This document shows positions 12,231-61,000 of a stretch of 64,000 bases of DNA, piece after piece. Every line of letters begins with the position of its first letter. Positions within the stretch are counted from its first letter, which is position 1. The stretch is from Rhynchobatus australiae (Eukaryota). Position numbers and translations under genes: made by a program. The notes under the pieces were generated by a model. That model saw only the letters and a program-made list of their open reading frames with translations, ran no database searches and was not told the origin of the DNA. Location: assembly GCA_034780895.1 (NCBI GenBank), contig JAUZTB010000066.1, forward strand, positions 8,603,573 to 8,667,572, given 5' to 3'.

Positions 12231-14908
12231 TGTAGCCTGACCAGTTCTAGTATTGTGCATCACCTCATGGTGTCCTTTTTTAAAAGGCTGCTAAGAAGTT
12301 TGTAAGAGTGGCTTGGCAACTGATAGTTTAGGATTATCAGTGTTGTGTCAACACGGCAAAGCTTTTGGTGTTCAGTTCAGGAAATCCTACCTTTAGATAT
12401 TTGACCTGTCGGTCACAGACTAGACATCTTACTGGTTATGAAGCAGTAGTTTTTATCTTCCATGTTAAATGTAGAATTTTCAAAAGGCATTGTTGGGAAA
12501 TGTTGTTGACTTCATAGATTTTAGAAAAATTGCGTATTCAGCAGAGGAAGGCTAAATGAAGGAATGATATGAGCGCATAGGGGATACCTTTATTCCTTTT
12601 TGAAAAGTGTTGATGTCATTACCTTTTATGAGAGATGTCCAATGGATCAGGAAGCTAGATTTGTTGAAAATTAATGAATGACCTTTTCCTCCAAGTACAA
12701 AACTCCTATGCTTCAATGTGTCAGCACTCTTACTGCATCTTTGGAATAATGAAAGATTTTAAAATTCCTATCTCATGATTTTCATTTGCGTTTCTTTAAA
12801 TCAGGTAAATTTATGCAAGTGAGTGCTCGTAAAGTATTTGTTTCTGCTGGTTAAAATACTTAGTTTTTCCACTCGTCACTTGCAAGAAATGTGTACGACT
12901 GAAGGTAGGACACTTAAACTGGGTTTCACTTGTGTAGAGATGACTTTGATTCTNNNNNNNNNNNNNNNNNNNNNNNNNNNNNNNNNNNNNNNNNNNNNNN
13001 NNNNNNNNNNNNNNNNNNNNNNNNNNNNNNNNNNNNNNNNNNNNNNNNNNNNNNNNNNNNNNNNNNNNNNNNNNNNNNNNNNNNNNNNNNNNNNNNNNNN
13101 NNNNNNNNNNNNNNNNNNNNNNNNNNNNNNNNNNNNNNNNNNNNNNNNNNNNNNNNNNNNNNNNNNNNNNNNNNNNNNNNNNNNNNNNNNNNNNNNNNNN
13201 NNNNNNNNNNNNNNNNNNNNNNNNNNNNNNNNNNNNNNNNNNNNNNNNNNNNNNNNNNNNNNNNNNNNNNNNNNNNNNNNNNNNNNNNNNNNNNNNNNNN
13301 NNNNNNNNNNNNNNNNNNNNNNNNNNNNNNNNNNNNNNNNNNNNNNNNNNNNNNNNNNNNNNNNNNNNNNNNNNNNNNNNNNNNNNNNNNNNNNNNNNNN
13401 NNNNNNNNNNNNNNNNNNNNNNNNNNNNNNNNNNNNNNNNNNNNNNNNNNNNNNNNNNNNNNNNNNNNNNNNNNNNNNNNNNNNNNNNNNNNNNNNNNNN
13501 NNNAGAGATGACTTTGATTCTTGGTTGATTTGAGGATAAATTTCCTTTAAAATCAGAAAATGCTAATAGGAACTTCCATAGTAATTACTAATCTGACAAG
13601 CACAAAATGTCAGACCAAGGCTTGCTCTGGTATTTTGAGCAATTCTAGCAGGAGGGCTCTTTGAGTTCCATACATTTTTACCTATTTAAAACTCTTTCTG
13701 CTCTGTTTCAGTGGTCGTCTTTTTTTTTGCTGCAAGGCAAAGGGAGCACTTGGTACTGAGACAGAACTCTTTTGTTTCAGGTACTCTGTATCAGCATTAG
13801 AAACTACTAGGTTGCTTGGAACTGATCTTGCTGAAAATTGCCTTGATCCAATCAGTTGAGTGATGCACCATAATATAATTGTCCCTTTTCCTTGTACTTC
13901 TGTTATTCACTAGTCACTTTGCATGAAATATTCATTTCTATTTAATAAAATATAATTCTTTGTAATCCTATTTTGTGCATTAGCAAATGCAGTCATTTTT
14001 GCTCTGATATATGGAGTAAGATACTTTTGTGTAATGCTAATTTCAAAATCCAATCCAATCCGTGAACTTGGATTGTGCGTTTGCAGATAGGTAATGGGAT
14101 TGAATGTACCTGTAGAATGTTTTAATCAGAAAACTACCCAGGAGGTGGAAAAAGGATTCATTAAGCAATTCTGGCATTGCAAAAAATAAACTTATGCAGG
14201 TGAATCACAAAATTAAAAAACAAACAGGAAGTATTTTTAAAAAATAATTTGACCANNNNNNNNNNNNNNNNNNNNNNNNNNNNNNNNNNNNNNNNNNNNN
14301 NNNNNNNNNNNNNNNNNNNNNNNNNNNNNNNNNNNNNNNNNNNNNNNNNNNNNNNNNNNNNNNNNNNNNNNNNNNNNNNNNNNNNNNNNNNNNNNNNNNN
14401 NNNNNNNNNNNNNNNNNNNNNNNNNNNNNNNNNNNNNNNNNNNNNNNNNNNNNNNNNNNNNNNNNNNNNNNNNNNNNNNNNNNNNNNNNNNNNNNNNNNN
14501 NNNNNNNNNNNNNNNNNNNNNNNNNNNNNNNNNNNNNNNNNNNNNNNNNNNNNNNNNNNNNNNNNNNNNNNNNNNNNNNNNNNNNNNNNNNNNNNNNNNN
14601 NNNNNNNNNNNNNNNNNNNNNNNNNNNNNNNNNNNNNNNNNNNNNNNNNNNNNNNNNNNNNNNNNNNNNNNNNNNNNNNNNNNNNNNNNNNNNNNNNNNN
14701 NNNNNNNNNNNNNNNNNNNNNNNNNNNNNNNNNNNNNNNNNNNNNNNNNNNNNNNNNNNNNNNNNNNNNNNNNNNNNNNNNNNNNNNNNNNNNNNNNNNN
14801 NNNNNNNNNNNNNNNNNNNNNNNNNNNNNNNNNNNNNNNNNNNNNNNNNNNNNNNNNNNNNNNNNNNNNNNNNNNNNNNNNNNNNNNNNNNNNNNNNNNN
14901 NNNNNNNA

Positions 14909-16130
14909 CAAGACTGTGTCCTCAGCCCCCTACTTTACTCCCTATACACTCATGACTGTGTGGCCAGATTCTGCTCTAACTCCATCTACAAGTTTGCAGT
15001 TGATACCACCGTAGTGGGCTGTATCTCAAATAACGATGAGTCAGAGTATAGGAAGGAGATAGCGCTTAGTGACATGGTGTCATGACAACAATTTTTCCCT
15101 CAATGTCAGCAAAACAAAAGAGCTGGTCATTGACTTCAGGAAGGGGGCAGTGCACACGCTGCTGTTCACATCAATGGTGCCAAGGTAGAGAGGGTTGAAA
15201 TTTTCAAGTTTCTCAGAGTGAACATCATCTGTCCTGATCCAACCACTTAGATGCCAGGGCCAAGAAATTTGGCATGTCCCTTTTGATCCTCACCAATTTT
15301 TATCAATGCACCATAGAAAACATCCCATCTGGATGCATCATGGCTTGGTATGGTAACTGCTCTGCCCATGATCACAAAAAAACACAGAGAGTTGTGGACA
15401 CTGGACAGCACATCATGGAAATCAACCTCCCCTCCATGGACTCTGTCTATACTTCTCGCTGGCAGGCATGGTAGTGTAGCAATTAGCGTAATGCTTGACA
15501 GTGCCAGTGACCCGTGTTCAATTCTGCCCACTGTCTGTAAGGAGTTTGTAGATTCTCCCCGTGTATGTGTGGGTTTCCTCTGGGTGCTCCAGTTTCCTCC
15601 CACATTCCAAAGACGTACAGGTTAGGAAGTTGTGGGCATGTATGTTGGCGCCGGAAGAGTGGCGACACTTGCAGACTGCCCACAACACTCTACGCAAATG
15701 ATGCATTTCACTGTGTTTCTATGTACATGTGACTAATAATGATATCTTATAAAGCAGCCAACGTAATCAAAGTTCCCACCTGACCCAGACATTCCGTCTT
15801 CTCCCCCTCCCATCGGGCAGAAGATGCAAAAGCCTGAAAGCATGTACCACCAGCCCTAAGGACAGCTTCTACCCACTGTTATAAGACTATTGAACGGTCC
15901 CCTAGTACAATAAAATGGACTCTTGACCTCTCAATCTACCTCCTTCTGGCCTTGCACCTTATTGTCTGCTGGCACTGTACTTTCTCTGTAACTGTAACAC
16001 ATTATTCAGCATTCTGTTATTGTTTTCCCTTGTAGTACCTCAATGCACTGTTGTAATGAAATGATCTGTATGGATGGCAAATTTTTCATGGTATCTCGGC
16101 ACATCTGGCAATAATAAACCGATTTACTAA
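14909..16130 (+). mobile_element. Rex1/Babar-like non-LTR retrotransposon, RT to 3' end, interrupted by a SINE
   Basis: QDCVLSPLLYSLYTHDC..IYKFAVDTTVVG, LTNFYQCTIENIPSGCIMAWYGNC, and a 3' tail with caataataaac. Confidence 0.9.
15461..15750 (+). mobile_element. V-SINE-like element nested in the Rex1 copy
   Basis: Head ggcaggcatggtagtgtagc..gtgttcaattc, V core, tail tacatgtgactaataa; Rex-like sequence resumes at aaagcagcca. Confidence 0.88.
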
Positions 16131-16489
16131 CTGATTTGTGGTTTTTGGGGTGGAATTACTTGGTTCAATGCCGGAGGTGCCCAAGAATGCCTTGTGGAAC
16201 ATGGAGGGTGATATTTCAGTTTTCTTTTGGGCCTCCAAGGAATTCTGATGTGTTGATTTTATCAAAAGTTGGCCTTTTATTGAAGGTTTGTCAAGTTAAG
16301 ATTAAACTGGTTCACCAGTGCCCTCGCTGACCGTGATGTAAAATGTCAGGTAACTACTGGTGCAGGTCATGAATGAAGCAATCTGTCAGGAATTTTAACT
16401 CTTCAGGGCAAGGAGAGTTAAAGTCTAGCCACTGGTTTTAATTTAAAAAGAGGACTTACCTTTCATAATCAAATGATATTTGAATGCAC

Positions 16490-17525
16490 TGCAACATACA
16501 CAAAATGGTGGAGGAACTCAGCAGGTCAGGCAGCATCTATGGAGGGAAATAAACAGTCAACATTTCAGGTCAAGACCCTCCATCCGGACTGGAAAGGAAG
16601 AGGGCAGAAGCCAGAACAAGACGGCCAAGTAGGAACACAAACTGGCAAGTGATAGGTGAGCCCAGGTGAGAGGAGAAGGTACGTGGGAGGGGGAAGGGGA
16701 TGAAAGGGAGTTATGTAAGAATCTGAGAGGCAATGTGTAGAAGGGCTGAAGGAGGAGGAATCCAGTTGGAGAAGACGGCAGACCATGGAATAAAGGGAAG
16801 GAGGTGGGGAATAGATGGACAGGTCATGAGAGCAGGGAAAGGGAAGGTGTGAAGGGGCCACAGGAATGAAGGAAAACAAAGGGGGGGGAGGGAGCGGAAT
16901 AAAAGAAAAAAAGGAAGAGGAGGGAGGACAAAAGAGGGCTTACCAGAAGCCAGCCAATTCAATTCCACATTCCACTCTGATACTGACATGTCTATCCACG
17001 CCCTCCTCTGCTGCTAAGTTAGGCCAGATGCAGGTTGGAGTAACAACACTGTATTCTGCCTTGGTAGTCTCCAACCTGATGGTCTCAATATTGGTTTCTC
17101 TATATTTTTCTGGTAACCCCCTGCCTTCCTCCCCTTTCCCCCTTTTTCCTTATTTCCCCTCCCCCCCCCTTGTTATCACTCATTTCTTGGCCCCCCTCAC
17201 CCCTTCCATCTCGCCACCCTGATGACTTGCCCATCTATTTCCCAGCTCCTTCCCTTTATTTCATGGTCTGCTGTCCTCTCCTATTAGATTCCTGCAGCCC
17301 TTTGCCTCTTCTACCCATCGCCTCTCAGCTTCTTACATCATCCCCCTCCCCACCTTCCCCCCTCACCTATCCCCTACCTGTGTGTGCTCCTCCCCCCACC
17401 ACCTTATTCTGGTTTCTGCCCTCTTCCTTTCCAGTCCTGATGTAGACCCGAAATGTCAACTATTTATTTCCCTCCATAGATGCTGCCTGACCTGCTGAGT
17501 TCCTCCAGCATTTTGTCTGTGTTGT
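16490..17525. mobile_element. Penelope-like element with inverted terminal segments
   Basis: Centre (about 16940-17110, +) reads SQFNSTFHSDTDMSIHALL...VFCLGSLQPDGLNI, a GIY-YIG C-terminus; the flanks are long imperfect inverted copies of the 3' region. Confidence 0.82.
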
Positions 17526-17539
17526 CCCATGAACACTAC

Positions 17540-17623
17540 CTTGTTATTCCTTTTATTTTGCACTATTTATTTATTTTATTTTGCACTATTTATTTTATTT
17601 ATTTTATTCCTTTTATTTTGCAC
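17540..17623 (+). repeat. Low-complexity (TTTTA/TTGCAC)-rich tandem repeat running into a gap
   Basis: ttttattttgcac occurs three times; probably derived from a Rex-type tail. Confidence 0.7.
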
Positions 17624-19900
17624 NNNNNNNNNNNNNNNNNNNNNNNNNNNNNNNNNNNNNNNNNNNNNNNNNNNNNNNNNNNNNNNNNNNNNNNNNNNNN
17701 NNNNNNNNNNNNNNNNNNNNNNNNNNNNNNNNNNNNNNNNNNNNNNNNNNNNNNNNNNNNNNNNNNNNNNNNNNNNNNNNNNNNNNNNNNNNNNNNNNNN
17801 NNNNNNNNNNNNNNNNNNNNNNNNNNNNNNNNNNNNNNNNNNNNNNNNNNNNNNNNNNNNNNNNNNNNNNNNNNNNNNNNNNNNNNNNNNNNNNNNNNNN
17901 NNNNNNNNNAGAGAGATGATGTGGATATACTTTCTTTGGTTGAGGGTGATCAGATGGGGGGAGGCGTGAATGGGGCTTAAGTAATCTTTGGTCACAGGAG
18001 CACAGGGAATATCATGTAATTGTGGAATTTTTGGAGTTGTTTGTGGTGGATTGTGCTATCAATTGGTCCATGCAGTCGATTTACCATATATAGTTAGTCT
18101 TGTTTATACAATGTGACCAGTTTGCTCATGTGGTTATGTTGCATGTGATTATCAGGAAAATTCTACGAAATGTCCAGGGAATCTTAAAGTTAAAGCCTCT
18201 CAACCCTCAATTTCACCGGTGGCCTGTGTTAGTAGACTGTATCTTTTTTGCAGCATAATAGCTTACAGGTAAATTGGGCTGAATAGTTTACATATGCTTT
18301 GCAAATTTCATCCAACAGGACAAAAGTAAATACAAAAAGGATATGAGGTCTGAATTCTGTACAGTATATATTTAGTTTTCCTTGATGTCCACCTCATTGG
18401 TTAAAACCAAAGACAGACAAACAGAGAATGTTCAAAAAATGTAAAGTTGGTTTTACAAATACATTCAGCTTAAATCACTTGGTTTGTATTATTCTGGAGG
18501 GCATTTGTTAGGCATTTAAGAGAAAACTAAACCTAAGCTTTGGTTCAGTGACTGCATACTGCAGTGGCATACTTCAATGATGCCTTGCTTAAGGGATCCC
18601 TGACCCATGTAAAATGATACAATAATGTAAAGTAGTGCATAACATTTTTTATGAAACATGCATTCTTCAGAACTTTATANNNNNNNNNNNNNNNNNNNNN
18701 NNNNNNNNNNNNNNNNNNNNNNNNNNNNNNNNNNNNNNNNNNNNNNNNNNNNNNNNNNNNNNNNNNNNNNNNNNNNNNNTTGAGACCAAATTCTCATAGA
18801 ATCAATCAGTACAGAAACAGGACTATTGGCTCACCATGTCTATGCCGACCATAAATCTAAACTAAACCATCTAAACTAATCCCATTTACAAACATTTGGT
18901 CTGTAGCATTCTGTGCCTTGGAAAACTTCTTGCATTTCATCATAAAACATTATGCTTCCAAGGCCTTTGGGATTTGTTTCAAATAAAGTAGGCATGTCCT
19001 TCCTTGCCCAGTCACCCCACCAATGTTAGCGGTTAGTGATTAACATCAGCCGCTGTTCCCAGTCTGCTCTTCTAACTTTCACTCCACTCCTTTATGCGTT
19101 ACCTCCTAAAGGTTCACTGAAACACACTTTGGAGGGGGTAAGCTAGGCTGTAAGAGTGTAACTATCACTCCTGTCTTTCCAGTGGCTGAGCCTGAAATTC
19201 TGCTTGATGCTTCACCAACTGAAAGCAGGATATATGGTTGCTGGGAAATGCTGAGACTATATAGAATGTAATTAAAGGTCATTGGCAACTAAAGCCTTTC
19301 CACAAAACATGGAGTTGAAGCAGTACAGTACTCAGCCTCAAATAATCTTCTGCCTGTAAGTTGTTTTTGAATCATCTGTGCAATTCTCAAAGTATTTACT
19401 CAAACTGGAGGCCTTTTATATATTTTAAAAAATAATGGGCTACACTATCTGGGCTGCTGGGACACATAGGATGAGGTCATTTGAGTTTGCCACTTGATGG
19501 TTCCCTTCATCTGATGTTAAGGGCTGCGTTACTGGAAATTAAATGACTGGCATTACGCTGGAATTAGGGAATCTACTTCCTGCATTCTTAAACATTTAGT
19601 ACCAAACTGATTCAAGTGAATTCCCGTGCATTGGAGACTCGGTGATGCAGTTTTGTGTAGGGTGATATTTTTAGAGCAGCCTGCTGCTTTCTTTATCGCT
19701 CTTTGTTTTTACTTGTATGGGTACAATTGAGCTGAATAACTTCAAAGAAAAGCTTTTTGTTCCTATTTTGTTTTTGAAAGGAGTGTAATATTGAAGTTCT
19801 GGTAAAATGCGGCTGAGTTTCAATAAGAGTGAATGTCTTTGTAATGTGAATTGAATTGTTCTGATTTTAGTTGTGATGTTTATATTTCGTTCTGCTCCAG

Positions 19901-56586
<36,686 letters not shown>

Positions 56587-57127
56587 CTGTTGGTGCAAAA
56601 TCCGGGTCTGCCTTGCATGCATCCAAATTCTCCCCTGTGATACAACAACTTTGGCAATCATTTCCATCGTTAAATTATCCAAAAGTAACCTTCGGAGGCA
56701 AACTAATAATTAGCCCTAACCTCCCCAAGCACTTTTGCCTCTCTGATTTTCTTTCTCTGGGCTAATGGCTTCAAAGATAACCTTCTTTGCAGAAAACCAC
56801 CGTACTAATACTTGGTTACTTGGATATACTCCAGACAATAAAAAAATCTGGCACTGAACTGGGTNNNNNNNNNNCTGGGTCTGCTTTTACCATTGACTAT
56901 ACTAATGCTACACAAATGTTGAAGAAGTATACAAATTATTTGCACTGTGTTGGTTTTGTACTTCCAATGTTTTTAATTGATGATTAGCCATGGTACAACA
57001 TTTTTATTTGTAGCTTGACTGTGTTGTAGCTGTGTATGGATGCCTTTTTTTTAGTACAGTCACTTTCCCTGCTATGATGAAATTTGAAATGGATGTTAAC
57101 CTGTTTATTTCTCCTGTTCTCTTTCAG

Positions 57128-57209
57128 CATTAATAATAGCTAAGATCTTACAAGGTTTGAAAGACTTGACCTGGGAATTCTGGAACAGCAAAGCAATCAA
57201 AAACTTTAA
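57128..57209 (+). CDS. KSR1: KSR1 distal alternative terminal exon (DINNS*DLTRFERLDLGILEQQSNQKL*), in-frame TAA at 57141-57143
   Basis: ctctttcag|C acceptor in the right phase; translation resembles the mammalian [26 protein letters not shown] tail (recalled). Confidence 0.78.
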
Positions 57210-57909
57210 TATTGTTATTCATTTTATTTCATGGGCTGTGTGGCAGTGATATTATTTAAAATTCCTCAATTTGTCCAAGTTCAATTTTTAAAAGTTTCAC
57301 TTTTTTTGCACAGCAGTTGAGTTGGCTACTGAAAGAAGAAAGGGCCACTGGGTGTCAAAAGAATGGAGATTTAATTATTAGTTTCCTATATATATATATA
57401 AAATGTGCATTAAAAGTACATGCCTCGATATAATTGGCAGCAAAGAGGTACCTTTCACTTTGAGATTTTGCAGTATCAGTGTTCATACAGATGTCACTAA
57501 AAACCCTATATTGGCCACAGATAAATAATTGAATCAAAGAATAGAAACTCGTATATAAAATTGCCTCATGATGAGTGAAGAATTTTACCGGCTGGTTATT
57601 CTGTGCTGCTGACTATGATAAGTAGGGAAGGCCGGTTATGAACAATTGGGATGGAATTTTTATCAGTGGGTCTAGATGTCTTGTCCTGTAAAATTTGTAG
57701 ATACCATGGCGCAGAATTGAAAAGGAAATGAGAAAATTCTCAATTAAATCCATAATTAGAATGTGAGGCAGAAAGTAAAAGTTAACAACACCTATTATGT
57801 TTATGCACATGGGATCAAAATTAGGGTGAAAGTCATTAGAACAAGGGATGCAGGAGATCCATCCATTTTCTTGCAACATTTGAGAGATGTGGACGTTAAA
57901 GCAAATTGA

Positions 57910-58020
57910 AAAAGCTGCCACTACTGGAAATCTGGAATAAAAACAAAAAATCTTAGACACACTCAGTAGGTCAAGCAGCATCTGTGGGAAGAGAATCAGA
58001 GTTAATGTTTCAGGTCAAAG
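57910..58020 (-). mobile_element. Penelope-like tail fragment within the putative 3' UTR
   Basis: actcagtaggtcaagcagcatctgtggg...atgtttcaggtcaa matches the family tail. Confidence 0.65.
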
Positions 58021-61000
58021 AAATGGGAAAGAAAGATAAAAAGATAGTTTTAAGTAAATGCATATTCATGAACAAAAATGTGCTTTTAGTACTTTCTACA
58101 CACAGATGGCAGTGTTTATTGTCTCAGTATGTAGAAAGTTGCACAAAAACTTCCTGTAGGTAAAAGAATAGCACAGTGAAGATGTTCTTGAAATGCTTTT
58201 TGGCAGCATTTTATCCATTATTTTAATTGTGTACAAAATTAAAATCAGACCCAACTATGGCCAGTGTGAACTTGACTGGAGTCTGAAAGTGTAAAATCTT
58301 TCAGGTACCTGGCCTAACCTGAACCCAGTATGTTTAATCAGGTCCAGTCAGAAGCCAGGTTCTAAGGACCAGCGTTTCATCACTGATCAGTTGTTGAATA
58401 ACCTTGACTGTTATGTGTAAGCTATGTTGTCAAAAAATGAAGCATTATTTTGATGCAGTCTATTTAGTTAACCTTTTTAGTTAATAAATGTTTTTTGAAA
58501 AAGCTGTACATTTTCAGTAAGATCACCAAATGTTAAAGTGTATTATCTTCAGTTATTACAAGGAATGAAGAGTGCATGAAAGGCATCCTGCTTAGACCCA
58601 CTTTCTCCTTTGATACAAACTGCAGTAAGAAAATGAATTTTGTTTTCCATATTTTTAGTCTGTGATCTTTTTGAACTATTTATGCTTATCCAGTTACTGA
58701 AGGAAAATTCCTCCAGTAGGAAAGAAAAGTTCCTTTTTTTGTGTTCAGGTTCCTGAAAAGACACTTCCTTCATTTCAGTCCTCTTTCCTCACCACTTACA
58801 CTTGAGGGGAAGGAGGGGCTGAGAAATCCCTTGTGTGACTTTGTATATTATCTTGTGTGTACATTCCATATGGTAGTTGGATAATACACACAAGCACAAG
58901 GTTTCATGAATTCTGAGCCCTTGATTCGGAGCTGACGACTACTCTGTATATAGAACCATGTTCTATGAGTGTTTACATACAGACTAAATTCTTGGTAATG
59001 TGAAACAGGCAATTGTTTAAATATCTTTCAAAAACTTTGAACAACAAAGAAGTAGTAATTAGAAAAGAGACCTCTATGTTAAGCTACTAATTTGCCATGA
59101 AGACCACAGATTCTGATATTTAATTTCTCCCATGTTTGCATGAACTCTTTGATTAGGATTTGCATTGAAAAGTGTGTGTAACTGAGATAATTCATGTTTC
59201 TTAATATTGAGATTTTGTACAACTAATAGTATTCTTACCCTGTCTGTGAGATCCAGATCAAATATCTGAGATTTTGGCTGATGCTCCCAACCACTCTGTA
59301 AATGTTGCCTTTTTAAACTTTGCAATTGAATTTACATAACATGCTCATGATGTATTGTAATTCCATATGTCTAACTATCTGTGGACAAGGGTGAATAACT
59401 GGCAAGATGCAATTTCCCATATTTAAAAAAAAGATTCAAGTAATAATTAAACCAAACTCTTATTTACACAAATAATGAAATTATTGCAAGACATGTGAAG
59501 CATTACTCTCATAATCCTGCAGCTCTGCAGTTTATTAATATTTGCAGTTTAAAAGAATTAAAGATTTTCAACTAGGATTAAGCATTGTCAACTGTGGCAA
59601 TATACATCATTAATCAAGTTTCAGCCTAAATTGAGATTTCATCCTCATTTGTTGACTCTTGCAAAGCTTGTAAGAACCTTTCTAAAACGCACAGTNNNNN
59701 NNNNNNNNNNNNNNNNNNNNNNNNNNNNNNNNNNNNNNNNNNNNNNNNNNNNNNNNNNNNNNNNNNNNNNNNNNNNNNNNNNNNNNNNNNNNNNNGAGGG
59801 TTTCTTTCCCCGCCCCCCCCCCCCCTCTCTTTTTAAATGAAAAAACCTTTAGTGTTGGGAATGTAATGCCAGTATAGATCGCCAAGAAATTTGTTCCTTT
59901 CTCCTGATGGAGAGCAAGTATAACACAGAAATCAGACAGCTAGAAGTGTAAAATATATGAATGATACCTGTGAATGTTGTAGAGTTATAACTGTTTGGTA
60001 AGTCCATTCAGTTCTGGTGAATTGTGAACTGTAGGTTGATAGTTGGTGTGAGAAAATTGAGAGTATTTTTGAAGAAAGGAAAATAATGGAAGGACGTTTT
60101 GCGAGAAACTTGAGCAGCTTGAGAGAAGTAGTAAAACCAGTGGGACTTTGAGTATTTGGATATTGGGCATGGTATCAAAAGCAATGCAACTTTCAAATGC
60201 AGAGCTTAATTCAGTGGTTCGTAGTTAGGTTGGATAAACCATCTTCCTTTGTCTTGGAGTTCTGTTTGTGACCAGGTAATTTTCCTATAGCTCCCAGTTT
60301 TAGCGTGGTGTAATTTCAATTGATTGGATTCTGTATTCCCAGAACAAAGGATTATTAAAGAACAGCTTTTAGATAATTAGACCGTTGTCAGATACCTACA
60401 TTTTCCATTTCCCTCTCTTAGGTACCATGTTAATTGCATTTAGAAATAGCCATAAACGTTCCTGCATTGTATTCATTCCCGCAATTAGCATTTGTTTCAA
60501 ATTAATTTTAATGTTACTTCATTCATCTGAGTGTCTTCCTATTGCATGTATTAATTCCTCATATTAGTCTAAGGCTCACTTGTTATATCCTTATTATCCA
60601 CTTATTTGAATGAAATATTTAAAGTTTTTTTTAAAGGAGTTAACCACTTTTCTTGATAAACTTGANNNNNNNNNNNNNNNNNNNNNNNNNNNNNNNNNNN
60701 NNNNNNNNNNNNNNNNNNNNNNNNNNNNNNNNNNNNNNNNNNNNNNNNNNNNNNNNNNNNNNNNNNNNNNNNNNNNNNNNNNNNNNNNNNNNNNNNNNNN
60801 NNNNNNNNNNNNNNNNNNNNNNNNNNNNNNNNNNNNNNNNNNNNNNNNNNNNNNNNNNNNNNNNNNNNNNNNNNNNNNNNNNNNNNNNNNNNNNNNNNNN
60901 NNNNNNNNNNNNNNNNNNNNNNNNNNNNNNNNNNNNNNNNNNNNNNNNNNNNNNNNNNNNNNNNNNNNNNNNNNNNNNNNNNNNNNNNNNNNNNNNNNNN

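Noticed and set aside
1-19900. KSR1 coding exons 1-2 (CA1, first part of CC-SAM)
   Set aside because: No matching translation with splice sites found by eye; probably upstream of the window or inside N gaps.
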